DNA from: an uncultured bacterium
Lineage (GTDB): Bacteria > Bacillota_I > Bacilli_A > RFN20 > CAG-826
Direction of reading: 5' to 3'
Assembly: GCA_949300345.1 (NCBI GenBank)
Contig: CASGDR010000006.1
Coordinates: 6,922-70,921, forward strand
DNA: 64,000 nucleotides
Part shown: piece by piece, positions 29,420-38,328 of the stretch
How positions within the stretch are numbered: position 1 is the first letter of the stretch
Layout: every line of letters begins with the position of its first letter
Program-made: the position numbers and the translations under genes
The notes under the pieces: generated by a model
Told to the model about the DNA's origin: nothing
Database searches by the model: none
Seen by the model: only the letters and a program-made list of their open reading frames with translations

Positions 29420-30259
29420 TCATTTTTCCAATTCCTTGAGGAATTTGAGGAAGGCTTCCTTCTTCTTGGGGGAGGGGAAATCGAAGACAAGATGGGATTC
29501 CCCTTCTTCGATGAACAAGACCCCAAGCTTCTTGCAAAGGCGGCTGAGGTCATTGTCTTCCTCATAGATGTCGGTGCCATAGCGCACCATCTCCTCGGTT
29601 TGCCTGACCGAGAGTCCCTTGTTTTTGATGATGCGGACCATCTTGTGGGTCTCTTCCTCCGAGAGGTTGACGAGGGCCCGGCAGTGGCCATAGGAGAGCA
29701 CCCCTAGGGAGAGGTCGTCCAGTACGTCGTCGGGCAGATGGAGCAGCCTCAGGATGTTGGTGACCTGCGACCTCGAGCAGTGGCTGAGGTTGGCCAAGGT
29801 GGCTTGGTCATAGCCGAACTTGTCGCGTAGGGCGGCATAGACGAGGGCCATTTCCACCACATTCGAATCCCTTTGGTCACGGATATCGGCCAGTAGCATG
29901 AGCAAGGCTTCCTGGTCATCGGGATGGTTGAGGACGCAGGGAACGGTTTCCAATCCCGCCTTCTTGGCGGCGTGGTACCTTTTCCTTCCTAGCAGCAATT
30001 CATAATGGTTGCCGACCGGGCGGACGACCAGAGGGTTCCACAGGCCTTTTTCCTTGATGCCGTTGGCAAAGCGCTCGATGGCCTCCTCATCCAGTTTGGC
30101 CCGCTTGATGGTGGAATTGTCGTTGATCTGGCTTAGAGGCAATTGCCTCCCCCCGCTGGACATGTATTCCTTTTCCATCTCCGCGACGATGTCGTTGCGG
30201 CCGAACTTCTTGATGAGATTGGCCAAGGAAGGATCGTGTTTCTTGATGGTCCTACTCAT
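29420..30259 (-). CDS. parB: ParB/Spo0J family partition protein
   Basis: GLWNPLVVR, HTH SRSQVTNILRLL, LSYGHCRAL, LSVRQTE; follows parA. Confidence 0.88.
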   Translation of the reverse strand: MSRTIKKHDPSLANLIKKFGRNDIVAEMEKEYMSSGGRQLPLSQINDNSTIKRAKLDEEAIERFANGIKEKGLWNPLVVRPVGNHYELLLGRKRYHAAKKAGLETVPCVLNHPDDQEALLMLLADIRDQRDSNVVEMALVYAALRDKFGYDQATLANLSHCSRSQVTNILRLLHLPDDVLDDLSLGVLSYGHCRALVNLSEEETHKMVRIIKNKGLSVRQTEEMVRYGTDIYEEDNDLSRLCKKLGVLFIEEGESHLVFDFPSPKKKEAFLKFLKELEK

Positions 30260-31013
30260 GGTCGATGACCTCCCTAGCCAAGGCAAAATAGGCCAAAGAG
30301 CCCGAGGCGCTGGGCCTCCAATAGGTGACCGGCTGCCCCATGGCGATGGCCTCGGCCACCGAGATGTTGCGGGGTACCACGGAATGGAACATCGTCTCTT
30401 TGAAGAGGGATTTGACCTCGGTCATCACGTCGGTAGCCAGCTTGGTTCTGGAATCGTACATGGTAAGGAGTAAACCCTCGATTTTCAGATCGGGGTTGTA
30501 GTTACGCTGGATCGAGGCGATGGAGCTAAGGATGGCAGCCACGGCTTCCATCGCGAAATATTCGCATTGGACCGGGATGATGACCGAATCCGAGGCCACG
30601 AGGGCGTTGATGTTGAGCAATCCCAATGAAGGCGGGCAATCGACGATCACGTAATCGAACTGGTTCCTTATGTCCTTGATGGCGTCTTTGAGAATGAAAT
30701 AGGGCTTTTCGATGTTTCCGGCTTCCGAAGCCCAATAGGATGCCAAGCGCAGGTTGGAAGGGACGATGGTCACCTTGGTGGCCTCATCGTAAAGCCCGAC
30801 TTTGCCTAGATCATGACCTAGGAGCAATTCCACCGTCGTGTTTTTAACGCCGGTGACGTCGATGCCAAATCCCCTACCGGCATTGCCTTGGGGATCCATA
30901 TCGATCAAAAGGACCTTGCGGCCCAGCTTGCTAAGCCCAGCCGAGAGGTTGATCGCGGTCGTGGTCTTGCCGACCCCGCCCTTCTGATTGGAAATGGAGA
31001 TGACTCTGCCCAT
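30252..31013 (-). CDS. parA: ParA/Soj ATPase
   Basis: NQKGGVGKTTT, DMDPQGN, DCPPSLG. Confidence 0.95.
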   Translation of the reverse strand: MGRVISISNQKGGVGKTTTAINLSAGLSKLGRKVLLIDMDPQGNAGRGFGIDVTGVKNTTVELLLGHDLGKVGLYDEATKVTIVPSNLRLASYWASEAGNIEKPYFILKDAIKDIRNQFDYVIVDCPPSLGLLNINALVASDSVIIPVQCEYFAMEAVAAILSSIASIQRNYNPDLKIEGLLLTMYDSRTKLATDVMTEVKSLFKETMFHSVVPRNISVAEAIAMGQPVTYWRPSASGSLAYFALAREVIDHE

Positions 31014-31045
31014 GTCTGCTATTATCCAACAAAGTAGAGCCTTCC

Positions 31046-31732
31046 CTAAAGGGGTTTGGAAAGCATTTTGGCATATGGCCGAGGATATTTTTCCGGGGTG
31101 GCCTTTTCCTTTTTGTACAAGGTGATGGTCCTAGTCCCTTTTTCCTCGGGCAGTTCTTCTAGGAAACGGCCGCCTATGGCTAGTCCCAGCTTCTTCGCGA
31201 CACTAGTAGCGGCCTTATCCTCATTCTCCCCTTCCCTACCCCGCATGGAGAGGAAGGTTCCGCCGATCTTCAGCAAAGGGGCGGATAGCTCGAGCATGAT
31301 GTTAAGCGCAGCCACGGCCCGGCCGGAAACGATGTCAAAACTGCCCTTCATCCTCACTTCTTCAGCTCTAGAGTTGAGAACAATGGCATTCTTGATATCC
31401 AGCTTTTGGATGGCTTCTTTCATGAAGGCGACCTTCTTGCCGTTTGATTCGCAGAGGGTGATCTCGCTACTAGGCTCGGCAATGGCAAACACCAGCCCCG
31501 GGAATCCGGCGCCCGAGCCGATATCGAAGACCCTCTTGTCCTTGAAGCAAAGATGTTCCATCGGAATCAGGCAATCATAGATGTGTTTGATGAGCCCTTC
31601 GGAAAAGTCCTCGATGGCCGTGAGGTTGGTAACCTTGTTCTTTTCTAGGACCAATTGAAGAAACTCCCCTAACCGGGAGACTTGGCCTTCTTTAAGGAAG
31701 TCAAACCTGGTCGCGATATGGGCAAGTTCCAT
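31046..31732 (-). CDS. rsmG: 16S rRNA m7G527 methyltransferase
   Basis: NLTAI, KHIYD, DIGSGAGFPG, RAEE. Confidence 0.95.
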   Translation of the reverse strand: MELAHIATRFDFLKEGQVSRLGEFLQLVLEKNKVTNLTAIEDFSEGLIKHIYDCLIPMEHLCFKDKRVFDIGSGAGFPGLVFAIAEPSSEITLCESNGKKVAFMKEAIQKLDIKNAIVLNSRAEEVRMKGSFDIVSGRAVAALNIMLELSAPLLKIGGTFLSMRGREGENEDKAATSVAKKLGLAIGGRFLEELPEEKGTRTITLYKKEKATPEKYPRPYAKMLSKPL

Positions 31733-31734
31733 CT

Positions 31735-33600
31735 TTAGCCTTTCTTTTTTAGGTGCAGGGCCAGTATGGCGCAGTCGGCGGGATTTACGCCGGGGATGCG
31801 CGAGGCTTGCCCTAGGGTCAAGGGTCTTACTTTGGAAAGCTTTTCCCTAGCCTCGAGCCGAAGGCCCTTGAGGGAAAGATAATCCAAATCGCTAGGCAAG
31901 GAAACATCTTCGAGCTTCTTTAGTTTTTCGGCTTCCTTCTTGGCCCGCTCAATATATCCCTCGAACTTGGTTTCGGTCTCTAAGCTAAGGACATCGTTAC
32001 CCAATAGCCTGAGTTCTTGCAAAGAGGGAATTTGGCTTTCCACCATCTTGTAGGTAACCCTGGGGCGCTTAAGCAAGGCAAGGGCGTTTACCCCTTCCCC
32101 GGTTATCTCATAGCCGGCCTCAGCAAGGATATCGTCGAGTCCGGTTTTGGAATTTAGGGTAGTCGAAAGGAGGATGTCCTTGGCCTTTTTGATCCTTTCT
32201 TCCGATAGATTGAACTTTTCGATTCTTTCCTTGGAGGCCGTTTTGATGGCAATGGCCTTGGGGGTCAGCCTTTTGGCAGCGTTATCGTGCCTTAAAAGCA
32301 AACGGTATTCGGCCCTTGAGGATAAAAGGCGATAAGGCTCTTCGGTCCCCTTGGTCAATAGATCGTCGATCATGACTCCGATATAGGCTTCGTCCCGACG
32401 CAATATGAAGGGAGGTTTGCCTAGTATCTTCAAGGAGGCATTGATGCCGGCCATAAGGCCAAGGGCCCCGGCCTCCTCATAGCCCGAGGTACCTAGGATC
32501 TGACCCGCGCAGTATAGGCCTTGGTAGCGTTTGTGTTCCAGGGTTGGAAGAAACTCCAAGGAATCCAGGCAATCGTATTCGATCTGATAGGCGTATTTGA
32601 GGATTTCGGCCTTCTCTAACCCATGCAGGGAATGAACCAGCTCGTCTTGGATATAACGGGGGAAGCCGGTGGAGAAACCCTGAAGGTAAATGGACTCGCT
32701 GCCCCTGATTTCCGGTTCGAGGAAAAGCTGGTGGCGGGGCTTATCGCCAAAACGCATGACCTTGGACTCAATAGCCGGGCAATAACGAGGCCCGACCGAG
32801 GTTATCGAGCCGTTATATAAGGCAGACTTTTCAATGTTTTCGCGTATGATTTGCAGGGTTTTCTCACTCGTATGTATCAAATAACAGGGCAATTGCCCTT
32901 CCAGTTTCCTATAGCCCTCGCTAAGGAAGGAGAAATTGTAATAACCCTCCATTCCCGGCTCGATTTCGGCCTTGGAATAGTCGATGGTGCTGCTTTTGAT
33001 GCGAGGTGGGGTCCCAGTTTTCAGACGGAAGGTCCTAAGGCCCATTTCCCTAAGCGACTCGGACAATCCCAAAGAAGCTTTTTCCCCATCGGGTCCTTCC
33101 TTGTAGTTTTCTTCTCCCCTGATGATGGTGGAATCCATGTAGGTCCCGGTTGTCAGGATGGTGGCTTTGGCCCTGATCTGACTACCGTCTTCAAGAAGAA
33201 CACCTAGGACTTTGCCCTCTTCATAGATAAGGGATTTGGCCTCCCCTTCCACGATGGTGAGGTTTTCTATTTTCCCTAGGACTTCCTGGGCATATTTGGG
33301 ATAGCCAAGCTTATCGACCTGGGCCCTTAGGCACTGCACCCCCGGCCCTTTGGCGGTGTTTAGCATCTTCACCTGCAGGGGGTCATGGTCGGCCAAAAGG
33401 CCCATCAGCCCTCCCAAGGCGTCGATTTCCCTGGCCACGATGCCCTTGGCCGAACCTCCGATATGGGGATTGCAGGGCGTATTGCCGATCATGGTCTTGC
33501 TAAGGGAAAGCAAAACGGTCCTTAGACCCAAAACCGCGGCAATGTGGGAGGCTTCGATGCCGGCGTGTCCGCCGCCGACGACGAGTACGTCGGCGTCCAT
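31735..33600 (-). CDS. mnmG: tRNA uridine 5-carboxymethylaminomethyl modification enzyme
   Basis: GGGHAGIEA, CNPHIGG, RLKTGTPPR, GPRYCP, GTSGYEEA. Confidence 0.97.
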   Translation of the reverse strand: MDADVLVVGGGHAGIEASHIAAVLGLRTVLLSLSKTMIGNTPCNPHIGGSAKGIVAREIDALGGLMGLLADHDPLQVKMLNTAKGPGVQCLRAQVDKLGYPKYAQEVLGKIENLTIVEGEAKSLIYEEGKVLGVLLEDGSQIRAKATILTTGTYMDSTIIRGEENYKEGPDGEKASLGLSESLREMGLRTFRLKTGTPPRIKSSTIDYSKAEIEPGMEGYYNFSFLSEGYRKLEGQLPCYLIHTSEKTLQIIRENIEKSALYNGSITSVGPRYCPAIESKVMRFGDKPRHQLFLEPEIRGSESIYLQGFSTGFPRYIQDELVHSLHGLEKAEILKYAYQIEYDCLDSLEFLPTLEHKRYQGLYCAGQILGTSGYEEAGALGLMAGINASLKILGKPPFILRRDEAYIGVMIDDLLTKGTEEPYRLLSSRAEYRLLLRHDNAAKRLTPKAIAIKTASKERIEKFNLSEERIKKAKDILLSTTLNSKTGLDDILAEAGYEITGEGVNALALLKRPRVTYKMVESQIPSLQELRLLGNDVLSLETETKFEGYIERAKKEAEKLKKLEDVSLPSDLDYLSLKGLRLEAREKLSKVRPLTLGQASRIPGVNPADCAILALHLKKKG

Positions 33601-33601
33601 G

Positions 33602-34993
33602 CTAGCCGATCGACCCCGCCATATCCATTTTGATGAGTTGGTTGAGTTCTACCGCATACTCCATGGGCAATTCCTTGGAGAAGGGTTCGATGAAGCCCAT
33701 GACGATCATCTGGGTGGCTTCTTCCTCGCTTAGTCCCCTGGACATCAGGTAGAAGAGTTGATCCTCATTGATCTTGCTGACCGTGGCTTCGTGTTCGATA
33801 TAGCTATCCTCATTGAGGATTTCCGATTTTGGCAAAGTGTCCGAGCGGCTTAGATCATCAAGGAGCAAGGTATCGCATTCGACATGGGCATGGGCATTGA
33901 GGGCACTGGGGTGCATCCTGACCGTTCCGCGGTAGTTGACCACGCCCCCGCCCCTACCGATGGACTTGGAGATGATGGTGGAAGAAGTATCTTCCCCGAT
34001 ATGGATCATCCTGGCCCCGGCATCCTGGTATTGGCCTTTTCCGGCCACGGCGATGGAGATGCAGGTGCCTTTGGCGCCCCTACCCTCCAAAATGCAGGCC
34101 GGGTACTTCATGTTGGTCTGGCTACCGATATTGCCATCGATCCATTCCATGAGCCCATCATCGAGGACCCTAGCCCGCTTGGTGACCAGATTGACGATGT
34201 TGTTGGACCAGTTCTGAACCGTCGAATAACGGCATGTGGCGCCTTTGCCCACATGGATTTCCACGACGGCGGCATGTAGCGATTCCTTGGAATACACCGG
34301 CGCGGTGCAGCCTTCAACATAATGGACGTCGGCCCCGTCATCGACGATGATGAGGGTGCGTTCGAATTGCCCGGTCTTCTCGTTGTTGATGCGGAAATAG
34401 GATTGTAGAGGCTTATCCAGATGGACCCCTTTGGGCACATAGATGAAGGAACCTCCGCTCCAGACGGCACCGTTTAGGGCCGTGAACTTATTGTCGGCAA
34501 AAGGGACGATGCTGCCGAAATACTTCTTAAAGATATCCGGGCACATCTTCAGTCCCATGTCGGTCGAAAGGAAAATGACCCCCTTCTCTTCGGCTTCCTT
34601 GAGCATGTTGTGGTAGACCACTTCCGATTCGAATTGGGTGGATACGCCGGAGAGGAACTTCCTTTCGGCTTCGGGAATGCCTAGCTTCTCGAAGGTGTTC
34701 TTGATGGATTCGGGGACCTTGTCCCAGGAATTCTCTTCGCTTGAGACATTTCTTCTGAAATAGGTATAGGAATCAAAATCGAGGTCCTTGAGGTTAGGGC
34801 CAAAGGAGGGTAGCGGCATGGCTTTGAAGGCCTTCAGACACTTGAGGCGGAACTCCAGCATCCAATCGGGTTCGCCCTTGGCCTTGGAGATGGATCTGAC
34901 CACCTCTTCGCTTAAGCCTTTGCCGGTCGAAAAAATCTCATCGGCATCGGTCGTGAATCCGTATTTGTATTCTTCCTCGGGGATGTAGCTCAT
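33602..34993 (-). CDS. sufB: Fe-S cluster assembly protein SufB
   Basis: [29 protein letters not shown]. Confidence 0.96.
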   Translation of the reverse strand: MSYIPEEEYKYGFTTDADEIFSTGKGLSEEVVRSISKAKGEPDWMLEFRLKCLKAFKAMPLPSFGPNLKDLDFDSYTYFRRNVSSEENSWDKVPESIKNTFEKLGIPEAERKFLSGVSTQFESEVVYHNMLKEAEEKGVIFLSTDMGLKMCPDIFKKYFGSIVPFADNKFTALNGAVWSGGSFIYVPKGVHLDKPLQSYFRINNEKTGQFERTLIIVDDGADVHYVEGCTAPVYSKESLHAAVVEIHVGKGATCRYSTVQNWSNNIVNLVTKRARVLDDGLMEWIDGNIGSQTNMKYPACILEGRGAKGTCISIAVAGKGQYQDAGARMIHIGEDTSSTIISKSIGRGGGVVNYRGTVRMHPSALNAHAHVECDTLLLDDLSRSDTLPKSEILNEDSYIEHEATVSKINEDQLFYLMSRGLSEEEATQMIVMGFIEPFSKELPMEYAVELNQLIKMDMAGSIG

Positions 34994-35430
34994 TCTTCTT
35001 CCTTATGGAGCATGTCCAAAACAGTGGTCCAGCCCATCGTGGCGCAGTGGATGCGTCCGGCTTGCTTGGAGGTGTTCATGAAGGCCATGGCTTCGTCAAG
35101 GACCTCCCCGTCATAGGGCTCTTCCCTGATCATCTTCAGGTACTCTTGGATGATATGCTCGGCTTCTTTCTTGGATTTTCCGATTACCAGATCGCAAAGG
35201 ATGTCGGTCGAGGCCTTGGAGATGGTGCAGGCCACCCCTTCGAACATCGCATCCTTGACGACCCCGTCTTTATATAAAAGATACATGTCGAAATCGTCGA
35301 TGCAGTTGGTGCTGGAGGCATGGACTTTCTCATAGCCCTCGTCACTAGGAACCCCGAAATGCCTAGGATTGGCATAGTGGTCCATGATGATTTCCCGCAT
35401 GATCTGCGGAGTCAGCTCAAAAGTAGGCAT
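34990..35430 (-). CDS. sufU: SUF system sulfur-transfer protein SufU
   Basis: [27 protein letters not shown]. Confidence 0.9.
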   Translation of the reverse strand: MPTFELTPQIMREIIMDHYANPRHFGVPSDEGYEKVHASSTNCIDDFDMYLLYKDGVVKDAMFEGVACTISKASTDILCDLVIGKSKKEAEHIIQEYLKMIREEPYDGEVLDEAMAFMNTSKQAGRIHCATMGWTTVLDMLHKEEE

Positions 35431-36649
35431 CGAGGAACTCCTTTCCGTGGCTCACGGCATCGGCAAGCACATCGATCTCTTCTTTGATGGTATAGAAATA
35501 GAAGCTGGCCCTAATGGTCGCCACCGTGCCGAGGAAATCCATCAGGATCTTGGCGCAGTGCTGGCCGCTTCTTACGGCAATGCCTTTGGAATTTAGGAAG
35601 GTCGCCCCGTCCTGGGCAAAGACATCCTTGATGTTGAAGGTCACGATCGCGGCTTCCGAATGGGGATTATAAATGTGGGCCATGCCGGTTTCCTGAAGTT
35701 TCTTCACGGCATAGGCCTTGAGGTCTTTTTCATACTCTTCGATGTTGGACATCCCGATCCCCTCGAGATACTCAATGGCAGCCCTTAGTCCCAAGATCCC
35801 CTCGAGGTTCTGGGTTCCGGCTTCGAAGCGCATCGGAGGAGCGAGGTAGGAAGCATCCCCGCACATGTCGAACTTGGCGTTGTTGCCCCCTCCGGTCATG
35901 AAGGGTTCCATCATCGATAGGAGTTCGTACTTACCATATAAGACCCCGATTCCGGTCGGGCCTAATAGCTTATGTCCCGAAAAGGATAGGAAATCGACGT
36001 CCGTATAGGAAACATCGGTCTTTTTATGGGGTACAGATTGGGCTCCGTCGACTGAAAGGAGAGCTCCGTGGGAGTGGACTATTGCGGCGAATTCCTTTAG
36101 ATTTAGGCAATAACCTAGGACATTGGTCACCTCGGCTAGGGAGACGATCTTTACCTTATCGGACATGGCTTTGCTGAGGTTTTCCTTAGTGAGCCTACCC
36201 TCCTCATCAAGGGGGATGAAACGGACCTTGGCCCCGGTCATTTCCGAGACCTTGTACCAAGGAAGGACATTGGAGGCATGCTCGGCTTCACTAAGGAGGA
36301 TCTCATCCCCTTCATGGAGGTATTTGGCCCCATAGCCGAAGGCCACCAGGTTCAAGGAGCCGGTCGTGCCGGAAGTAAAGACGACCTCGGAGGACTTGGG
36401 CGCATTGATGAAGTGCCTTACCCTCTCGCGGGTCAGTTCGACTTCCCTATCCATGTTGGCACATAGGTCATAGTCGCCCCTATGGGCATTCGAGGTCTCG
36501 TCGGAAAGGTATTTGGCTACCGCCTGGATGACGCAGTCTGGCTTGAAGGTAGTCGAGGCATTGTCGAGGAAAACAAGGGGTTTGCCCTGCATCGACTTCC
36601 CGCTTCTTAGCATAGGGAAGTCTTTCCTATAAAGCTTGGGTTCTAGCAT
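35417..36649 (-). CDS. sufS: Cysteine desulfurase SufS
   Basis: LDNASTT, EHASN, SGHK, RSGQHCA. Confidence 0.95.
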   Translation of the reverse strand: MLEPKLYRKDFPMLRSGKSMQGKPLVFLDNASTTFKPDCVIQAVAKYLSDETSNAHRGDYDLCANMDREVELTRERVRHFINAPKSSEVVFTSGTTGSLNLVAFGYGAKYLHEGDEILLSEAEHASNVLPWYKVSEMTGAKVRFIPLDEEGRLTKENLSKAMSDKVKIVSLAEVTNVLGYCLNLKEFAAIVHSHGALLSVDGAQSVPHKKTDVSYTDVDFLSFSGHKLLGPTGIGVLYGKYELLSMMEPFMTGGGNNAKFDMCGDASYLAPPMRFEAGTQNLEGILGLRAAIEYLEGIGMSNIEEYEKDLKAYAVKKLQETGMAHIYNPHSEAAIVTFNIKDVFAQDGATFLNSKGIAVRSGQHCAKILMDFLGTVATIRASFYFYTIKEEIDVLADAVSHGKEFLDAYF

Positions 36650-37332
36650 CAGATGCCTCCTTCGATGGCCTCAAGGATCTTGCTGCCCTCCTCTTCGGGG
36701 AAATAGGCGGCAATGGGCTTGAGGTAGCCATAGGTAATAAGGGTGCGGGCTTCCTTCTCGCTTAACCCGCGCGACCTTAGATAAAACATGTGTTCGTCAT
36801 TGAGGCGCCCCTCGACCGAGGCGTGTCCGGCTTCGACATCGTTTTCGTCGATCAGCAAGGTGGGGGAAGCCGAGACTTTGCAGTCCTTGTCAAAGACGAT
36901 GATCTTCGCGGACTGCTTGGTCTTGGCCTTCTTGGCCCCTTTTCTGATATCCCCGGCCCCATAGAAGAGCAGGGTGGCTCCCGCCTCGGCAATTCCGTAG
37001 TTTTCGACATAGGCCTCGTTATGGCCGTTGAGGTGGGTGGCGTTGATTATGTATTCCTTCTTATAAGGACCCTTGGCCAAAACGGCCCCGTGGTAATGGA
37101 AGGAGGAAGCCGGATTTTCGAGTTTGGCGTTGACGATGACCTTGCTAGGCCCTTCCGAGAGGTCGGCAAAGGCGATTTCGGCCTCAGCGCCCTCTTCTAT
37201 CTCAAGGTCGGCGACCAAGTCCTTGCCCTTGCCAAGATTGGCGAAAAGAAAGCGGGTTTTGCACCCTTTTTGGGCCATTAGGCTCAGTTTTGCAGGAAAA
37301 TCCCCTATGTAGGAAACCGTCCTATTTTCCAT
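36649..37332 (-). CDS. sufD: Fe-S cluster assembly protein SufD (short)
   Basis: PTLLIDENDVEAGHAS, FYLRSRGL. Confidence 0.85.
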   Translation of the reverse strand: MENRTVSYIGDFPAKLSLMAQKGCKTRFLFANLGKGKDLVADLEIEEGAEAEIAFADLSEGPSKVIVNAKLENPASSFHYHGAVLAKGPYKKEYIINATHLNGHNEAYVENYGIAEAGATLLFYGAGDIRKGAKKAKTKQSAKIIVFDKDCKVSASPTLLIDENDVEAGHASVEGRLNDEHMFYLRSRGLSEKEARTLITYGYLKPIAAYFPEEEGSKILEAIEGGI

Positions 37333-38146
37333 TCAAAGCCACCTTGGTAGCGCAGCTGCCGATCGAGATTTTGTTCTGGGGCTTATCATCCTTTTCCAAA
37401 GAGATGCCGTACTCGCGCTTGAGCCATTCATAGCCCTCGTGGTCGATCTTGCTGGCCAGTTCGGGTCCGCCTTCGATGGCGATTTGCCCGTTGACCAAGA
37501 CCACCGTGCGGGTGGGGTGGACCAATTCGAAGAGGCGTTCGTAATGGGAGACCACGACGAAGCCGGTTCCCTTTTCCTTCTGGGCGTTGATGGCATTGGC
37601 TACGATCTTCATCGCGTCCACATCCAAACCGGAGTCGGTTTCATCAAGGAAGGCGAAGGTCGGCTGTAGCAAAAGCATCTGGAGGATTTCGTTCCTCTTC
37701 TTTTCCCCGCCCGAGAAGCCTTCGTTGAGGTTCCTCGAACTCATTTCAAAGGGGATGCCCATGGCCTTGTAGGCGCTTTGCAGGGACTTGTAGAACTCGG
37801 CTAGGCTCATCGGCTTTTGGCGATGGGCATTCATCATCGACTTGTAAAAGTCAGCGGAGTTCAGGCCCGGGACCTCGCTGGGATTCTGCATGGCTAAGAA
37901 GAGGCCGCGGCGCGATCTGAGGTCGGGTCCCATGGCCAAAAGATCCTCGCCGTCTAGGGTGATGCTTCCCGCGGTAACTTCGTAGCGGGGGTTGCCCATA
38001 AGTACGGCAAGCAGGGTGGATTTTCCGTGTCCGTTAGGTCCTAAAACCGCGAGGGTTTCTGAGGAATCTATGCTTAGATCCACTCCTTTTAGTATTTCTT
38101 TTCCGGGTATTCCGGCATGTAGTCCTTTGATATCGATTCTGGCCAT
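37322..38146 (-). CDS. sufC: Fe-S cluster assembly ATPase SufC
   Basis: GPNGHGKST, FSGGEKKRNE, LDETDSGLDVDA. Confidence 0.95.
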   Translation of the reverse strand: MARIDIKGLHAGIPGKEILKGVDLSIDSSETLAVLGPNGHGKSTLLAVLMGNPRYEVTAGSITLDGEDLLAMGPDLRSRRGLFLAMQNPSEVPGLNSADFYKSMMNAHRQKPMSLAEFYKSLQSAYKAMGIPFEMSSRNLNEGFSGGEKKRNEILQMLLLQPTFAFLDETDSGLDVDAMKIVANAINAQKEKGTGFVVVSHYERLFELVHPTRTVVLVNGQIAIEGGPELASKIDHEGYEWLKREYGISLEKDDKPQNKISIGSCATKVALNGK

Positions 38147-38328
38147 AATTTCTTATCCGGGCGTTATTGTATAGCGACCTTAATCCCTTTCCAAACAATA
38201 AGGGAAAAGCCACCATAAGGGGACCTTTGGAGGAGCCACAATTACTGGTTGCAAGCATTCTCTTTAGAGAATAGACTTATTGCGCAACTTTAAAAGGTTG
38301 GTTTTTTATTGGAGGAGCATCCCCGCAC

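Noticed and set aside
31026-31039. CCAACAAAGTAGAG, a 14-bp match to the -35 region of the putative ECF promoter at 48912-48925
   Set aside because: Points antisense into rsmG and lacks the downstream nGT/TAGGGTGA element; probably chance.
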